The notes beneath the pieces are model-generated. The model saw nothing but the letters and a program-made list of their open reading frames with translations, was not told the origin of the DNA and searched no databases. The position numbers and the translations under genes are program-made. Positions 28,272-39,256 of a DNA stretch of 64,000 nucleotides are shown piece after piece (position 1 is the stretch's first letter; every line of letters starts with the position of its first letter). Source of the stretch: Alphaproteobacteria bacterium (GTDB lineage: Bacteria; Pseudomonadota; Alphaproteobacteria; JABAAW01; JAHZMA01); assembly GCA_965205905.1 (NCBI GenBank), contig CBDBHZ010000012.1:316445-380444 (forward strand). The letters run 5' to 3'.

Positions 28272-28307
28272 CCCCGATAGAGTTTCTACTCTATCGGGGT
28301 TTTTCTT
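28272..28307. terminator. rho-independent terminator after hflC (bidirectional with convergent ABC-2 permease)
   Basis: 12-bp perfect stem ccccgatagagt/actctatcgggg, 4-nt loop, then TTTTTCTT; an A-run precedes the stem. Confidence 0.6.
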
Positions 28308-28317
28308 AATCATTATA

Positions 28318-29145
28318 TCAGTTCCGTAATTTAACACCGCGTGCAATTAACTGGCAGGCAACGATAAACAGCACAATATTCAGCGCGATGATATATAATA
28401 TCCCGTGCCATAGGCTCGCCTCGTGATTGCCGGTAAAGCTGTAGCGCAAGCCATCTATCAGGTAGAAAAACGGGTTAAACAATGTTAATTGTTGAAAGAA
28501 TGTGGGCAAACGGTCAATCGCGTAAAATGTCCCCGATAGGAATGATAGCGGGATGAGAATATATTCGGTATAGATTGATAATTTTTCCCATGATGGCGAT
28601 ATAATACCGCAAATCAAGCCAATCAGTGCCATCAGGCTTGCCGAAAAAACCACATAAAATATAGCAGTCAGCGGCGAAGTGATGCTAATGCTTGGCACAA
28701 AAGGCAGACATGCCAGAAAAGTGATCAGCCCCAGAATCATCCCGCGCGTTACGCCAGAGCCAATTTGCGCGACCGTAAATTCCATCGCATTGATGGGGGT
28801 GAGCAATATCTCGTTCAGCGAGCCAAACATCCGCCTGCCAACCAGCGAAAAAGACGGTTGAGCAAAGGCATTTTGGGTGATATTCATCATCACCAAACCG
28901 GGGGTGATAAATATCAAAAACGGAACCCCATTCAAGCTATAATCCAAACCATCAGGCAGAATCAGCTTAAAAACCATAATCATCAGGGTAGAATTGATAA
29001 TCGGTGCAATCACTGTGAAGCTTAAAAACCCCATCATCATCTTTAATTCTGTGGTAAACATGGCATAGCAAATACGCCATGAAAATAGTGGCAGGGGTTT
29101 GCGTTGGGCTAGAAATTCATCAAGATTCATGTGCGGATTTTCCAA
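28318..29145 (-). CDS. ABC-2 type transporter permease
   Basis: 6-TM ABC-2 permease-like; paralogue of the next gene (shared LTLFNPFFYLIDGLR). Confidence 0.55.
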   Translation of the reverse strand: MENPHMNLDEFLAQRKPLPLFSWRICYAMFTTELKMMMGFLSFTVIAPIINSTLMIMVFKLILPDGLDYSLNGVPFLIFITPGLVMMNITQNAFAQPSFSLVGRRMFGSLNEILLTPINAMEFTVAQIGSGVTRGMILGLITFLACLPFVPSISITSPLTAIFYVVFSASLMALIGLICGIISPSWEKLSIYTEYILIPLSFLSGTFYAIDRLPTFFQQLTLFNPFFYLIDGLRYSFTGNHEASLWHGILYIIALNIVLFIVACQLIARGVKLRN

Positions 29146-29912
29146 CCTTTGGCAACAATATACCAGCTTATCCCGAATAGAAAAATGTTAAAGCAGGCAA
29201 TCGTGGTCATCGCAATCGGCAAAGATGCCTCGCTATTATTCAAGAATCCCGCACGAAACCCATCAATTAAATAAAAGAATGGGTTAAATAGAGTGATTTG
29301 TTGAAAAAGTTCGGGCAGTCGGTTGATGGAATAAAATGTGCCAGATAGAAACGATAATGGCACCACAATAAAATTGGTGAAAGCTGATATTTGGTCAAAT
29401 TTTTCGCAAATGATACCGCCTAAAAAGCCTAGCAAGCCCATCATCATTGAGCCACCAATGCCAAAAAATATCACTATCCCGATTGAATGAAGCGGTAAAG
29501 GCACAAATAATTGCGCGACAATAAAAGTGAGCGTGCCAACCATCACCCCACGTGTGATTGCCCCCATCGTGAACGCGAGCACAAATTCGAACGCGGTAAT
29601 TGGCGACATTAGCACATCAACCAGATTGCGCTGCATTTTAGAAATCATCAAAGATGATGATGCGTTGGCAAAAGAGTTTTGCAACATGCCCATAATGATG
29701 AGACCCGGCATGATGAAAGTAGAAAAATCATAATCGCCAACCTGTTGCACCGAACGCCCCAAAGCCAGTGAAAACACTGCAAAAAACAGCATTGAGGTAA
29801 TCATGGGCGCCACCACAGTTTGCGTTGGCACTGCCATAAAGCGTCTGACTTCTTTGGTAAAAAGCGCGTAAAAAATGATGGGTGAAAAAGCGGGATAATG
29901 GCGTATGGTCAT
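29127..29912 (-). CDS. ABC-2 type transporter permease (paralogue)
   Basis: ITLFNPFFYLIDGFR and multi-TM profile. Confidence 0.55.
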   Translation of the reverse strand: MTIRHYPAFSPIIFYALFTKEVRRFMAVPTQTVVAPMITSMLFFAVFSLALGRSVQQVGDYDFSTFIMPGLIIMGMLQNSFANASSSLMISKMQRNLVDVLMSPITAFEFVLAFTMGAITRGVMVGTLTFIVAQLFVPLPLHSIGIVIFFGIGGSMMMGLLGFLGGIICEKFDQISAFTNFIVVPLSFLSGTFYSINRLPELFQQITLFNPFFYLIDGFRAGFLNNSEASLPIAMTTIACFNIFLFGISWYIVAKGWKIRT

Positions 29913-29930
29913 GGTCTGTTAATTGCTCCG

Positions 29931-30428
29931 TTATTTTGCGAATTTTTTGGTGATGGCTTGCTTGACTGATGGCGTTACAAATGGGCTAACATCGCCCGCC
30001 AATGAAGCAATTTCGCGCACCATGCTAGAAGAAACAAAATGGAATTTATCATCAGCAGGCAGAAAAATAGTATCAATATCGGCTTGTAATTGGCGGTTAA
30101 TGCTTGCCATTTGGAATTCATATTCAAAATCGGTGGTGGCGCGCAAACCGCGAAAGATGGTATCGCATTGTTGTTGCGTCATAAAATCAACCAGCAAACC
30201 ATCAAATTTCATCACCACCATTTTTTTTGCCAATTCAGGGTTATATTCAGCCAAAGCCTCGATGGTGAGCCCAACGCGTTCATCGGCTGAAAACAGACTG
30301 CTTTTTTTCATATGAACCGAGACGGCAATGATTAATTTATCCACCAATTTTGCAGCACGGCAGGCAATATCGCAATGTCCGTATGTGAATGGGTTAAACG
30401 AGCCCGGATAAACGGCAATCACACTCAT
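29931..30428 (-). CDS. coaD: phosphopantetheine adenylyltransferase
   Basis: [17 protein letters not shown] motif. Confidence 0.85.
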   Translation of the reverse strand: MSVIAVYPGSFNPFTYGHCDIACRAAKLVDKLIIAVSVHMKKSSLFSADERVGLTIEALAEYNPELAKKMVVMKFDGLLVDFMTQQQCDTIFRGLRATTDFEYEFQMASINRQLQADIDTIFLPADDKFHFVSSSMVREIASLAGDVSPFVTPSVKQAITKKFAK

Positions 30429-33160
30429 GCTTGTTCCGCATCGGTGCTGTTATCACCACTATCAGCATCATTATTCTCATCATTTTCATTCTCATCTTCG
30501 GCGATTTTTGCCACTGATACCACATATTCGTCAGATGCAGTCTTAAACAAAGTAACGCCTTGCGTACGCCTGCCGATAATATTAATATCGCGCACGGGGC
30601 AGCGAATCAGTTGCCCTTTATTGGTTACCATCATAATATGGTCGCTATTGCTGGCAGGGAACGATGCCACCACATTGCCATTACGCGCTGAAACATTGAT
30701 ATTGGTGATGCCTTTACCGCCACGTCCCGTGATTCGATAATCAAAACCCGTGCTTCTTTTGCCAAAGCCATTTTCGGTAACGGTGAGTAAAAACTCATCT
30801 TGCTCCCACATCTGTACCATATCAGGATTTTGCTGTAATTTTTGCAAAAGTTCTTGGTCTTCTGCCGATAATGCTTCGGCATCACGCCTGCATAAAGTGC
30901 TATAACGGCTATAATTATCGCGTGTTTCGCCATCATAATCATGATGCGCCAGAACCGACATACTCACCAATTTATCATCATCACCTAATCTAATGCCACG
31001 TACACCCACCGCATTACGCCCTGCAAACAGCCTAATATCATTTGCCTTAAAGCGAATCGCATTGCCAGTAGCCGAACTCAACACAATATCATCATCATTG
31101 CTACAAATCACGGTGCTGATAAGCATACCGCTTTCTTCGGTCAGCTTCATGGCAATCAGCCCACTACGGCGGATATTTTCAAAATCTTTCAGACTGTTAC
31201 GGCGCACATGCCCGCTACTGGTGGCAAACATGATAGAGAGCGAATCATCACTCTCTTCAGGCAGTGCCATGATTGAGGTAATGGTTTCATCAGTATCAAG
31301 CGGGATTGTGTTAATCAGTGGTTTGCCGCGATGTTGAGGCTCGCCCTGTGGCAGACGCCATACTTTTTCTTGATAGACAATGCCTTTATTTGTGAAGAAT
31401 AATAGGCTGGTATGGGTGCTGGCTTGCAGCACTTGATACACGAAATCCTCATCACGCAGGCTCATACCCGCACGCCCACGCCCACCGCGTTTTTGCGCCC
31501 TATATACCGCCAATGGCACACGCTTAATATAGCCTTTATGGGTAACGGTAATCACCATATCTTCGCGTTGAATCAAATCTTCAATATCAGTATCATCATC
31601 TAGCATTTCATCGCTTATTTCAGTGCGGCGGGGGTCAGAAAATTCTTCTCTGACTTGCTCTAATTCTTCACGCATTACTGTTTTGCGCCGTGATGCTGTT
31701 TGCAGAATATCGATATAATCTTCAATCGCAACCGCTAACTTCTCTGCCTCTTCCATCAATTTATTGCGCTCCATGCCAGTCAGGCGATGCAGACGTAAAT
31801 CAAGGATAGCTTTGGCTTGGTCTTCGGAGAGTTTGTAATATTCTAAAGGCTCTAAATCGGGTAAATCCGAACTAACAATGCGGTCAATCCGCGCTAAAAA
31901 TAGCCCAATTTCGCTGATTTCCCATTTTTCCTCCATCAGGCTGATACGCGCACTTTGCGGGTCGGTCGCGGTCTTAACCATCTCAATCACGCGGTCGAGA
32001 TGATGCAATGCCACCAGCAAGCCCGCCAGATGATGCGCCCGAATCCGCGCTTTTTGTAAATGCCAACGCGTACGTCTGATAATCACTTGCTCGCGAAACG
32101 CCAAAAATGCTTGCAAAACTTTACGCAAACTCAGTAATTCTGGCTTATTATCGTAAAGTGCTAGCATATTGATAGAAAAACGCTGTTCCATCGGGGTGAA
32201 TTTTAATAATTGCGCCAGAATAACATTTTCCTGCTGATTGGCTTTCAACTCAATCACCACGCGTACACCGCTACGGTCGGATTCATCACGCAATTCGCTG
32301 ATACCCTCAATCACTTTATCACGCACCAATTCGGCAATTTTTTCCAACATACGCGATTTATTCAGCTGAAACGGAATTTCGGTAACCACAATCGCTTGGC
32401 GCGTCTTGCTGATTGTCTCAAAATGCGTACGCGACCGAATGATAAACCCACCCTTGCCCGTTAAATAGGCACGGCGAATTTGCGATTTGCCGATGATAAT
32501 ACCGCCCGTTGGAAAATCAGGTGCGGGGATAAAATCGCATAAATCACTATCAGAAATATCGGGGTCATCAAGCAAAGCAAGCGTGCCAGAGATAATCTCG
32601 CCTAAATTATGGGGGGGGATATTGGTTGCCATGCCCACCGCAATACCGCCCGTGCCATTCACCAACAGATTCGGAATCCGCGTGGGCAATACCACTGGTT
32701 CGCTCTCAGTCTCATCATAATTGGGCTTGAAATCGACAGTGTCTTTTTCAATATCAAGCAACATGGTTTCAGATGCCAGATTCAGGCGCGCTTCGGTATA
32801 ACGCATGGCGGCGGCCCTATCGCCATCCATCGAGCCAAAATTACCTTGCCCACTCACCAACGGCAGACGCATTGAAAATTCTTGTGCCATTCGCACCATC
32901 GCATCGTAAATTGCGCTATCACCATGCGGATGATATTTACCCATCACATCACCGACAATCCTTGCCGATTTGCGGAACGGCTTATTCGCCTCGTATCCGC
33001 CTTCTTTCATGGCATATAAAATGCGCCGATGCACAGGCTTTAAGCCATCACGCACATCAGGAATCGCACGGCTGATAATAACGCTCATCGCGTAATCCAT
33101 ATAAGCGCGACTCATCTCATCTTCGATGGTGATAAGCGGGTTATTCAGTGGTTCGTTCAT
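30425..33160 (-). CDS. gyrA: DNA gyrase subunit A
   Basis: [28 protein letters not shown]; 911 aa; acidic C-terminal tail. Confidence 0.95.
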   Translation of the reverse strand: MNEPLNNPLITIEDEMSRAYMDYAMSVIISRAIPDVRDGLKPVHRRILYAMKEGGYEANKPFRKSARIVGDVMGKYHPHGDSAIYDAMVRMAQEFSMRLPLVSGQGNFGSMDGDRAAAMRYTEARLNLASETMLLDIEKDTVDFKPNYDETESEPVVLPTRIPNLLVNGTGGIAVGMATNIPPHNLGEIISGTLALLDDPDISDSDLCDFIPAPDFPTGGIIIGKSQIRRAYLTGKGGFIIRSRTHFETISKTRQAIVVTEIPFQLNKSRMLEKIAELVRDKVIEGISELRDESDRSGVRVVIELKANQQENVILAQLLKFTPMEQRFSINMLALYDNKPELLSLRKVLQAFLAFREQVIIRRTRWHLQKARIRAHHLAGLLVALHHLDRVIEMVKTATDPQSARISLMEEKWEISEIGLFLARIDRIVSSDLPDLEPLEYYKLSEDQAKAILDLRLHRLTGMERNKLMEEAEKLAVAIEDYIDILQTASRRKTVMREELEQVREEFSDPRRTEISDEMLDDDTDIEDLIQREDMVITVTHKGYIKRVPLAVYRAQKRGGRGRAGMSLRDEDFVYQVLQASTHTSLLFFTNKGIVYQEKVWRLPQGEPQHRGKPLINTIPLDTDETITSIMALPEESDDSLSIMFATSSGHVRRNSLKDFENIRRSGLIAMKLTEESGMLISTVICSNDDDIVLSSATGNAIRFKANDIRLFAGRNAVGVRGIRLGDDDKLVSMSVLAHHDYDGETRDNYSRYSTLCRRDAEALSAEDQELLQKLQQNPDMVQMWEQDEFLLTVTENGFGKRSTGFDYRITGRGGKGITNINVSARNGNVVASFPASNSDHIMMVTNKGQLIRCPVRDINIIGRRTQGVTLFKTASDEYVVSVAKIAEDENENDENNDADSGDNSTDAEQA

Positions 33161-33291
33161 AGATTTAGTTCCATATTATTTAATATGCACATTCATAACA
33201 TATTAAGCGCGTTGAAACAAGGTAGCATACAGATAAAGCAGACGATTTTACGTGTTTATTTTACGCGATTCTTTGGCAAATTATTTGCCTA

Positions 33292-34290
33292 TTATTTTGC
33301 TAAATTCCCCGCCAGATATTCCGCCGCCCGCATCGCATAATAGGTGATGATACCAGATGCGCCTGCACGTTTGAAACAAAGTAGGCTTTCAAGCATTAAA
33401 TCAGGGTTATTCGCCCCCATCAACATGCTATATTCGCCCGATACCTGATAGGCAATAATTGGCACTGTAAACGCATCAGAAGCACGGGCGATAATATCCA
33501 AATAGGGCATACCGGGTTTCACGATGATAAGGTCAGCACCTTCTTGAATATCAAGCGCAATTTCTTGCAAAGCTTCTTTATGATTGGCAGGGTTCATTTG
33601 GTAGGATTTTTTATCGCCTGTTAGCAGCGCACCTGAGCCGACCGCCTCGCGAAACGGCGCGTAAAAGCCTGACGCATATTTTGCGGCATAGCTCATAATA
33701 CGGATATTGGTGAGTTTTTCAGCCTCTAATGCCATGCGGATTGCGCCCACACGCCCATCCATCATATCAGAGGGGGCAAGAGTATCACAGCCTGCTTTGG
33801 CTTGCATTAATGCCTGTTTTACCAAAATCTCTATGCTGGCATCATTATCCACATCGCCTGAATCATTCAGCACGCCATCATGCCCATGCGTGGTGTAAGG
33901 GTCTAATGCAACATCGCAAATCACCATTAATTCTGGCACAGTTTGTTTCACGGCACGCACCGCACGGCATACCAAATTATCAGGATTCAGTGCTTCACTG
34001 CCTTGCGCGTCTTTTAAGGCAATATCAATTTTAGGAAAAATCGCAATCGCTGGAATCCCCAAATGATAGGTTTGCTTGGCTTGCTCTACCAATAAATCTA
34101 TCGAATAGCGATAGGTTTCGGGCATGGCGGTAATAGATTCTTGCTTGTTATCACCCTCAATCACAAAGAAAGGCTGAATAAAGTCGCTGGCGGATAAATA
34201 ACTCTCTTGGGTAAGGCGACGTACAGCATCGATATCGCGGTTACGGCGCATTCTAGTTGCAGGATACTGTTGATTAAGAAAATTAGGCAT
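33292..34290 (-). CDS. hemB: porphobilinogen synthase (delta-aminolevulinate dehydratase)
   Basis: 332 aa; full-length HemB-like. Confidence 0.9.
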   Translation of the reverse strand: MPNFLNQQYPATRMRRNRDIDAVRRLTQESYLSASDFIQPFFVIEGDNKQESITAMPETYRYSIDLLVEQAKQTYHLGIPAIAIFPKIDIALKDAQGSEALNPDNLVCRAVRAVKQTVPELMVICDVALDPYTTHGHDGVLNDSGDVDNDASIEILVKQALMQAKAGCDTLAPSDMMDGRVGAIRMALEAEKLTNIRIMSYAAKYASGFYAPFREAVGSGALLTGDKKSYQMNPANHKEALQEIALDIQEGADLIIVKPGMPYLDIIARASDAFTVPIIAYQVSGEYSMLMGANNPDLMLESLLCFKRAGASGIITYYAMRAAEYLAGNLAK

Positions 34291-34293
34291 ATC

Positions 34294-34719
34294 TTAATGC
34301 ACCCCACCAATATTACCGAAAATCTCACCAATAACGCCAGTTTTGATGCCTAATGTGGGGGTGATACGCTCATCGGGCTTAATTTGCTTTTGTTTGGTAA
34401 TATCTTGGGTTTGCTTGGTTGCCACCAATTTTTCATCATCAAATTCTATCGTTACCAATGTTCGCTTGTTCAAACGGTAAGGGAAGAATAGGCGACGATG
34501 CCAGACCGTGTGAACATAATACCATTTGCCGTTTTCGTTCTCTTCATAGCCATAAACGCTAGGCGAGCCGATGGCGGTAACCACATCAGCTTGGGTAGAG
34601 CCTGCCTCGATGCTTGAATATTCATCATCATAGATTGAGACACCGCTATGCGTAACACTGGCGCAAGCGGTAAGCATGATGATGCTGAATAGGGGTAATA
34701 TAAAATGTCGATAAATCAT
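34294..34719 (-). CDS. bamE: BamE/SmpA/OmlA-like outer-membrane lipoprotein
   Basis: Lipobox (LTAC) and TQADVVTAIGSP motif; conserved position upstream of the cbp3-like/yceD/rpmF/plsX/fabH block. Confidence 0.5.
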   Translation of the reverse strand: MIYRHFILPLFSIIMLTACASVTHSGVSIYDDEYSSIEAGSTQADVVTAIGSPSVYGYEENENGKWYYVHTVWHRRLFFPYRLNKRTLVTIEFDDEKLVATKQTQDITKQKQIKPDERITPTLGIKTGVIGEIFGNIGGVH

Positions 34720-34777
34720 GATTTCTCTTTCAATAACAAAAAATTAACAGTAAAACAAGAGAGCAATTTTTAAGAAT

Positions 34778-35344
34778 GTGAGAAAAATGTTTCATTTGAT
34801 TAATAGAATCCTAGCACCACGCAAATATCATACCGATATTCTTTATAAAGCGATTGTAACACAAGCGCGTGATAAAAAGATATTTAGTGATTGGGCAGTG
34901 CCCGATACCCCCGATGGCAGATTCGATTCGCTAATCTTGCATATGGTGATGCTGCTGCATAGATTAGCGCATTGCGATGATGCCGCTAAGCATCAACAAT
35001 TCGGCAAAGAGTTGATTGAGGTGATGATTGAAGATTTAGACCATAATTTTCGCGAATTAGGGGTGGGCGATTTGGCGGTGGGCAAGCGCATTAAGGGCAT
35101 GTTAAAAGCGTTTTACGGCAGAATGGAGCATTACAGCCAAGCATTTGATAGTGAGGATAAGGCACTGTTACAACAAGCGGTGATACGCAATATCTATCGT
35201 AAAACTGAGCCGAAACAAGCGCACATTCAACAATTATGCGCTTATATCTGGCAAGAAGTGCAAACCTTACAAAATTATTCGGGCGCGCAAATAACACAAG
35301 GTGAATTTAGCTGGCGTGAATCAGGCGATAATGGTGATGCGTGA
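34778..35344 (+). CDS. ubiquinol-cytochrome c chaperone (Cbp3-like) family protein
   Basis: Conserved alphaproteobacterial position upstream of yceD; sequence resembles the Cbp3 family. Confidence 0.45.
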   Translation: MRKMFHLINRILAPRKYHTDILYKAIVTQARDKKIFSDWAVPDTPDGRFDSLILHMVMLLHRLAHCDDAAKHQQFGKELIEVMIEDLDHNFRELGVGDLAVGKRIKGMLKAFYGRMEHYSQAFDSEDKALLQQAVIRNIYRKTEPKQAHIQQLCAYIWQEVQTLQNYSGAQITQGEFSWRESGDNGDA

Positions 35345-35865
35345 TGAAACAAAACCGCCCAAAAAAACAACTGCAAAAGCCTCAAAAAGAAATTCAAAAG
35401 AAGCCATTGAAAGTCAATTTTGCTTATCAGCTGAAATGGCAAAACCTTGCATTAGGCGCGCATGATTATATCTATAACGCCACCGAAGCCGATTGCGACA
35501 CCATCGCGCAAAGACTGGCATTAAGCAAAATCAACCAATTAACCGGCGATATAGAATTGATTCGCAAAAACAGCAAAACATTTACCCTTAATATTACGGT
35601 TAGCATTGATTATCAGCAATATTCGGCGATAAGTTTTGAGGAAATGCGGGCACAATTTAACTTTGATGCCAGTATTGAGCTGCTTTATCAATCACCAAAA
35701 GCGAGCAATCATAAGGAAGTCGTGCTAGATTTGAGCGAGGCTGAAATCTTTGATGGCGAAACATTACAGCTCACCGATTATCTGGTGCAGGAATTATCTT
35801 TGAACTTGCCATTATCGCCTGAACATCTTGAAAATAGCCATGTTGTTACTGAAAAGAACAGATAA
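35341..35865 (+). CDS. yceD: YceD/DUF177 family protein
   Basis: Position directly upstream of rpmF-plsX-fabH; GTG/ATG start overlaps the upstream stop. Confidence 0.55.
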   Translation: MMKQNRPKKQLQKPQKEIQKKPLKVNFAYQLKWQNLALGAHDYIYNATEADCDTIAQRLALSKINQLTGDIELIRKNSKTFTLNITVSIDYQQYSAISFEEMRAQFNFDASIELLYQSPKASNHKEVVLDLSEAEIFDGETLQLTDYLVQELSLNLPLSPEHLENSHVVTEKNR

Positions 35866-35959
35866 TAAAGGTGAGTAAAATAATAACGCTTGCACTTTTG
35901 TTGTGAATCGGCTAAATATTGCCTCTTAATTTGCAACTAAAATAGGAGAGATTGTAGTA

Positions 35960-36160
35960 ATGGCAGTTCCTAAAAGAAAAGTTAGTCCTTCACGTCGTGA
36001 TAAAAGGCGTGCCAATGATGCGCTGAAAAGCACGGGTTGGCAAGAATGTTCGCAATGTGGCGAGATGAAATTACCGCATAATGTTTGCCGTGAATGCGGT
36101 CATTATAACGGTAAAGAAATCGTTACTGCCAAGCCAGAACTTGAAGAAGACGCAGCTTAA
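35960..36160 (+). CDS. rpmF: 50S ribosomal protein L32
   Basis: MAVPKRKVSPSRRDKRRA; AGGAGAG RBS upstream. Confidence 0.9.
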   Translation: MAVPKRKVSPSRRDKRRANDALKSTGWQECSQCGEMKLPHNVCRECGHYNGKEIVTAKPELEEDAA

Positions 36161-36200
36161 TTGGTGCTTATCTTCAAGGCTTGCCTTATAAAGTGGTATC

Positions 36201-37229
36201 ATGATTAAAGTCGCAATAGATGGCATGGGCGGTGACCGCTCACCCTTAATGGTGATAGGTGGCATTTTACGTGCGGCGCAACGTTATCCCAATGTGCATT
36301 TTATCCTATTTGGTGATAGGAATAAAATTCAGCCTTTATTAGCCAAAAAACATTTTGCACCCATTAACGATAGGGTGGATATTATCCATACTGACGAGGT
36401 TGTTACAATGGATGAATCACCTTCCAATGCGATTAGGCGCGGTAGAAACTCGTCAATGGGGCTAGCATTAAATTCGTTGCGCGAAAAACAAGTTGATTGC
36501 GTTATATCGGCAGGCAATACGGGTGCGCTGATGGGCATGGCTAAGATTATGATTAAAGTGGTGGAAGGGATTGAACGCCCTGCGATGGCGTCACTATGCC
36601 CCACCATACGTGGCGAAACCGTGATGCTTGATTTAGGCGCGAATATTAGCGCAAGCCCGTATCAGCTAGAACAATTCGCCTTGATGGGTAAGATTTTTGC
36701 CACCGCCACATTGGGTATCGAAAAACCAACAATCGGGTTACTCAATATTGGTTCAGAAGCATTAAAAGGTCCTGATGAAGTGCGCGCCGCCGCCGCCTTG
36801 CTTGAGAAAATTCCAGAAACCATCAATTATACAGGCTTTGTGGAAGCCAACGAAATTGTTGCGGGCAAAGTCGATGTGGTGGTGATGGATGGCTATAGCG
36901 GTAATATCGCCTTAAAAGCGATGGAAGGAGTGGCGAACTTCTTAATGCAAGGGCTTAAAAATGTCTATAGCACGAATATTCTAACGAAATTTGCTGTCTT
37001 TTTAATACGCAAACCGATGAAGCATTTTTTCCACAGGGTTGACCCACGTGTCCATAATGGTGCGGTATTTTTAGGGCTTAACGGCATTGTGGTGAAAAGT
37101 CATGGCGGCACAGATTCGCTTGGCTTTGCCCATGCAATTTCGGTGGGGATTGATACTGTTCAACATGGATTTTTGGCAAAAGTGAATGCCGAATTGCCAT
37201 CTTTAATGAGAGATGACAACAATGACTGA
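36201..37229 (+). CDS. plsX: phosphate acyltransferase PlsX
   Basis: IAIDGMGGD N-terminus; 342 aa. Confidence 0.9.
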   Translation: MIKVAIDGMGGDRSPLMVIGGILRAAQRYPNVHFILFGDRNKIQPLLAKKHFAPINDRVDIIHTDEVVTMDESPSNAIRRGRNSSMGLALNSLREKQVDCVISAGNTGALMGMAKIMIKVVEGIERPAMASLCPTIRGETVMLDLGANISASPYQLEQFALMGKIFATATLGIEKPTIGLLNIGSEALKGPDEVRAAAALLEKIPETINYTGFVEANEIVAGKVDVVVMDGYSGNIALKAMEGVANFLMQGLKNVYSTNILTKFAVFLIRKPMKHFFHRVDPRVHNGAVFLGLNGIVVKSHGGTDSLGFAHAISVGIDTVQHGFLAKVNAELPSLMRDDNND

Positions 37230-38214
37230 TTGCGGGCGATATAAAACTGTCATTATGGGGGTGGATTCTTATCTGCCACAAAAGATTGTTGAAAATAAAG
37301 AATTAGAGCAAAAAATTGATACCTCCGATGAATGGATAAGGCAACGCACGGGCATTGCCCGCAGGCATATTGCCGCTGCTGATGAAAACACCTCAACTCT
37401 TGCCATTAAGGCGGCGAAAAATCTTCTTAATCAGTTGCAAATCGATGCTGATGGTATTGATTTGGTGATCGTTGCCACCTCATCGCCCGATAATGTATTC
37501 CCTGCCACTGCCACCCGTGTGCAACAAGCGTTAGGCATTCGCGGTGCGGCTTTTGATGTGCAAGCGGTATGTGCGGGCTTTATTTACGCGATGGTAACTG
37601 CCAATAGTTTGCTGTGTCAGGGGCTTTATAAAAGGGCTTTGATAATCGGTGCTGATTTATATAGCCGTTTTGTGGATTGGGATGATAGGAATACTTGTAT
37701 CTTGTTTGGCGATGGTGCGGGCGCAATGTTGCTTGATGCCGTGCCGCTGAGCGAGCATGAGAAATATGACGGGCGCGGCTATATTCACGGACGCGTATGG
37801 AGCGATGGCGCTTATTACGATTCGCTCTATGTTGATGGCGGGGCAGGTTCTACCGGTAAAACAATTGGCGCGATTCACATGAATGGCAAAGAAGTATTCA
37901 AACATGCGGTCAATTATATGTCAGAATCGATGCAAATCGTGTTGAAAGAATCAGGGCTAACGGTAGAATCGTTAGACTGGCTGGCACCGCATCAGGCAAA
38001 TATCCGCATCATGAAAGCGGTTGCTGAAAAATTAGAAATTCCTGATGAGAAGGTTTTTGTTACCGTGCAAGAACATGCCAATATTGCCGCCGCTACTGTG
38101 CCTGTTGCCTTGCATCATGGCGTTACATCAGGTAAATTAAAGCAAGGTGATATGGTAGGGATGACAGCATTGGGCGGAGGTTTTGCATGGGGTGCGGCAG
38201 TTGTAAAATGGTGA
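37213..38214 (+). CDS. fabH: 3-oxoacyl-ACP synthase III
   Basis: Active-site Cys context (DVQAVCAGF), HQAN, GGGF(A)WG. Confidence 0.9.
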   Translation: MTTMTDCGRYKTVIMGVDSYLPQKIVENKELEQKIDTSDEWIRQRTGIARRHIAAADENTSTLAIKAAKNLLNQLQIDADGIDLVIVATSSPDNVFPATATRVQQALGIRGAAFDVQAVCAGFIYAMVTANSLLCQGLYKRALIIGADLYSRFVDWDDRNTCILFGDGAGAMLLDAVPLSEHEKYDGRGYIHGRVWSDGAYYDSLYVDGGAGSTGKTIGAIHMNGKEVFKHAVNYMSESMQIVLKESGLTVESLDWLAPHQANIRIMKAVAEKLEIPDEKVFVTVQEHANIAAATVPVALHHGVTSGKLKQGDMVGMTALGGGFAWGAAVVKW

Positions 38215-39242
38215 AATCCATCATGGCGTTCACTATGATGGTGGTCAGCATCATGGTGCTGTTCTCGTCGGTTAGCTTTGCCGCCGACCGTATGGCAATT
38301 ATTTTTCAGTATGATAGCAATGCAGATTTTCGCGATACCATCTATTCAGGTGCAGCAGAAGCCGCCGCGCTTTATGGTTACGAACTTGATGCCTATCATG
38401 TGGTGTTGAGCCCCAGAAGCAGCCCCAAAAGATGGTTTGATAGCAATGTTATGCAAAAGCGCCCCAAAGCAATTATTGTGGTTGATTCGGCATTATCGAA
38501 TCATACGCAAGATTTGATAGATTCGGCTTTAAGGCAAAGAATTTCAGTAGGTGTGATTAATGGCAATTTAGAACAATCCTATCAGGGCGCGGCTTTTAAG
38601 GTTGGTAGTGTGCAAGCAGATGAGGGGCAGTTGGCAGGTAGATATTTAAGTCAATTCAGCACTCAGCCTCCTCTATGTATCACTCATGTTATCGCCATAA
38701 ATAACGATAAATTGCGGTGTCAAGGGCTTGCCAATGGCATGGGCACATCGATTTATCAGCTGAGTGCCGATGCACAATATGATGAAATTTATAAGGGTGT
38801 AGAAAGTTTTTTAAGCGCGGTTGATGGCGAGATGCCCTATGTGGTGATTACCAACCAAGCAATGATAGCACCGTTGTTAAAAGCGCGTGATGCTATTAAA
38901 AAAGCAGGCTTAGGCGATTTTAATATTGGCTTTGTGGGGCAAGCGGGCAGTCAGGTGATTGATGATATTGTGAGACAAAAAATTGTGTTTGCCGTGCATG
39001 ACCAGCCTTTCTTTCAGGGCTATTGGGCAATCAGCGCGATGGCATTAAGGTTAACATTCAAACTAGAGCCACAAAAATTTGTCTCGTCAGGGCCGATGGT
39101 GGTTGATAGAAAAATCGCGCAAACCATCAAGCAAGGGCAAAAGATTGTTACTCTCAATATTAAAACAGATAAACGGATTCCCACTCATTCTGGCGCGAAT
39201 AAGAGTTACCCTGCGATTCAACCGTTACGGCTTAATCCGTAA
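38208..39242 (+). CDS. periplasmic binding protein (type-1 PBP/LacI-like sugar-binding fold), signal-anchored
   Basis: N-terminal signal peptide; alternating alpha/beta PBP-like sequence. Confidence 0.4.
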   Translation: MVKSIMAFTMMVVSIMVLFSSVSFAADRMAIIFQYDSNADFRDTIYSGAAEAAALYGYELDAYHVVLSPRSSPKRWFDSNVMQKRPKAIIVVDSALSNHTQDLIDSALRQRISVGVINGNLEQSYQGAAFKVGSVQADEGQLAGRYLSQFSTQPPLCITHVIAINNDKLRCQGLANGMGTSIYQLSADAQYDEIYKGVESFLSAVDGEMPYVVITNQAMIAPLLKARDAIKKAGLGDFNIGFVGQAGSQVIDDIVRQKIVFAVHDQPFFQGYWAISAMALRLTFKLEPQKFVSSGPMVVDRKIAQTIKQGQKIVTLNIKTDKRIPTHSGANKSYPAIQPLRLNP

Positions 39243-39256
39243 ATTTCGCTCGTCTA

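Noticed and set aside
33255-33292. ggcaaat-a-atttgcc hairpin right after the hemB stop, as a possible terminator
   Set aside because: The stem is AT-rich and only 7 bp. On the transcribed (minus) strand it is followed by an A-rich rather than U-rich tract, so support for an intrinsic terminator is weak.
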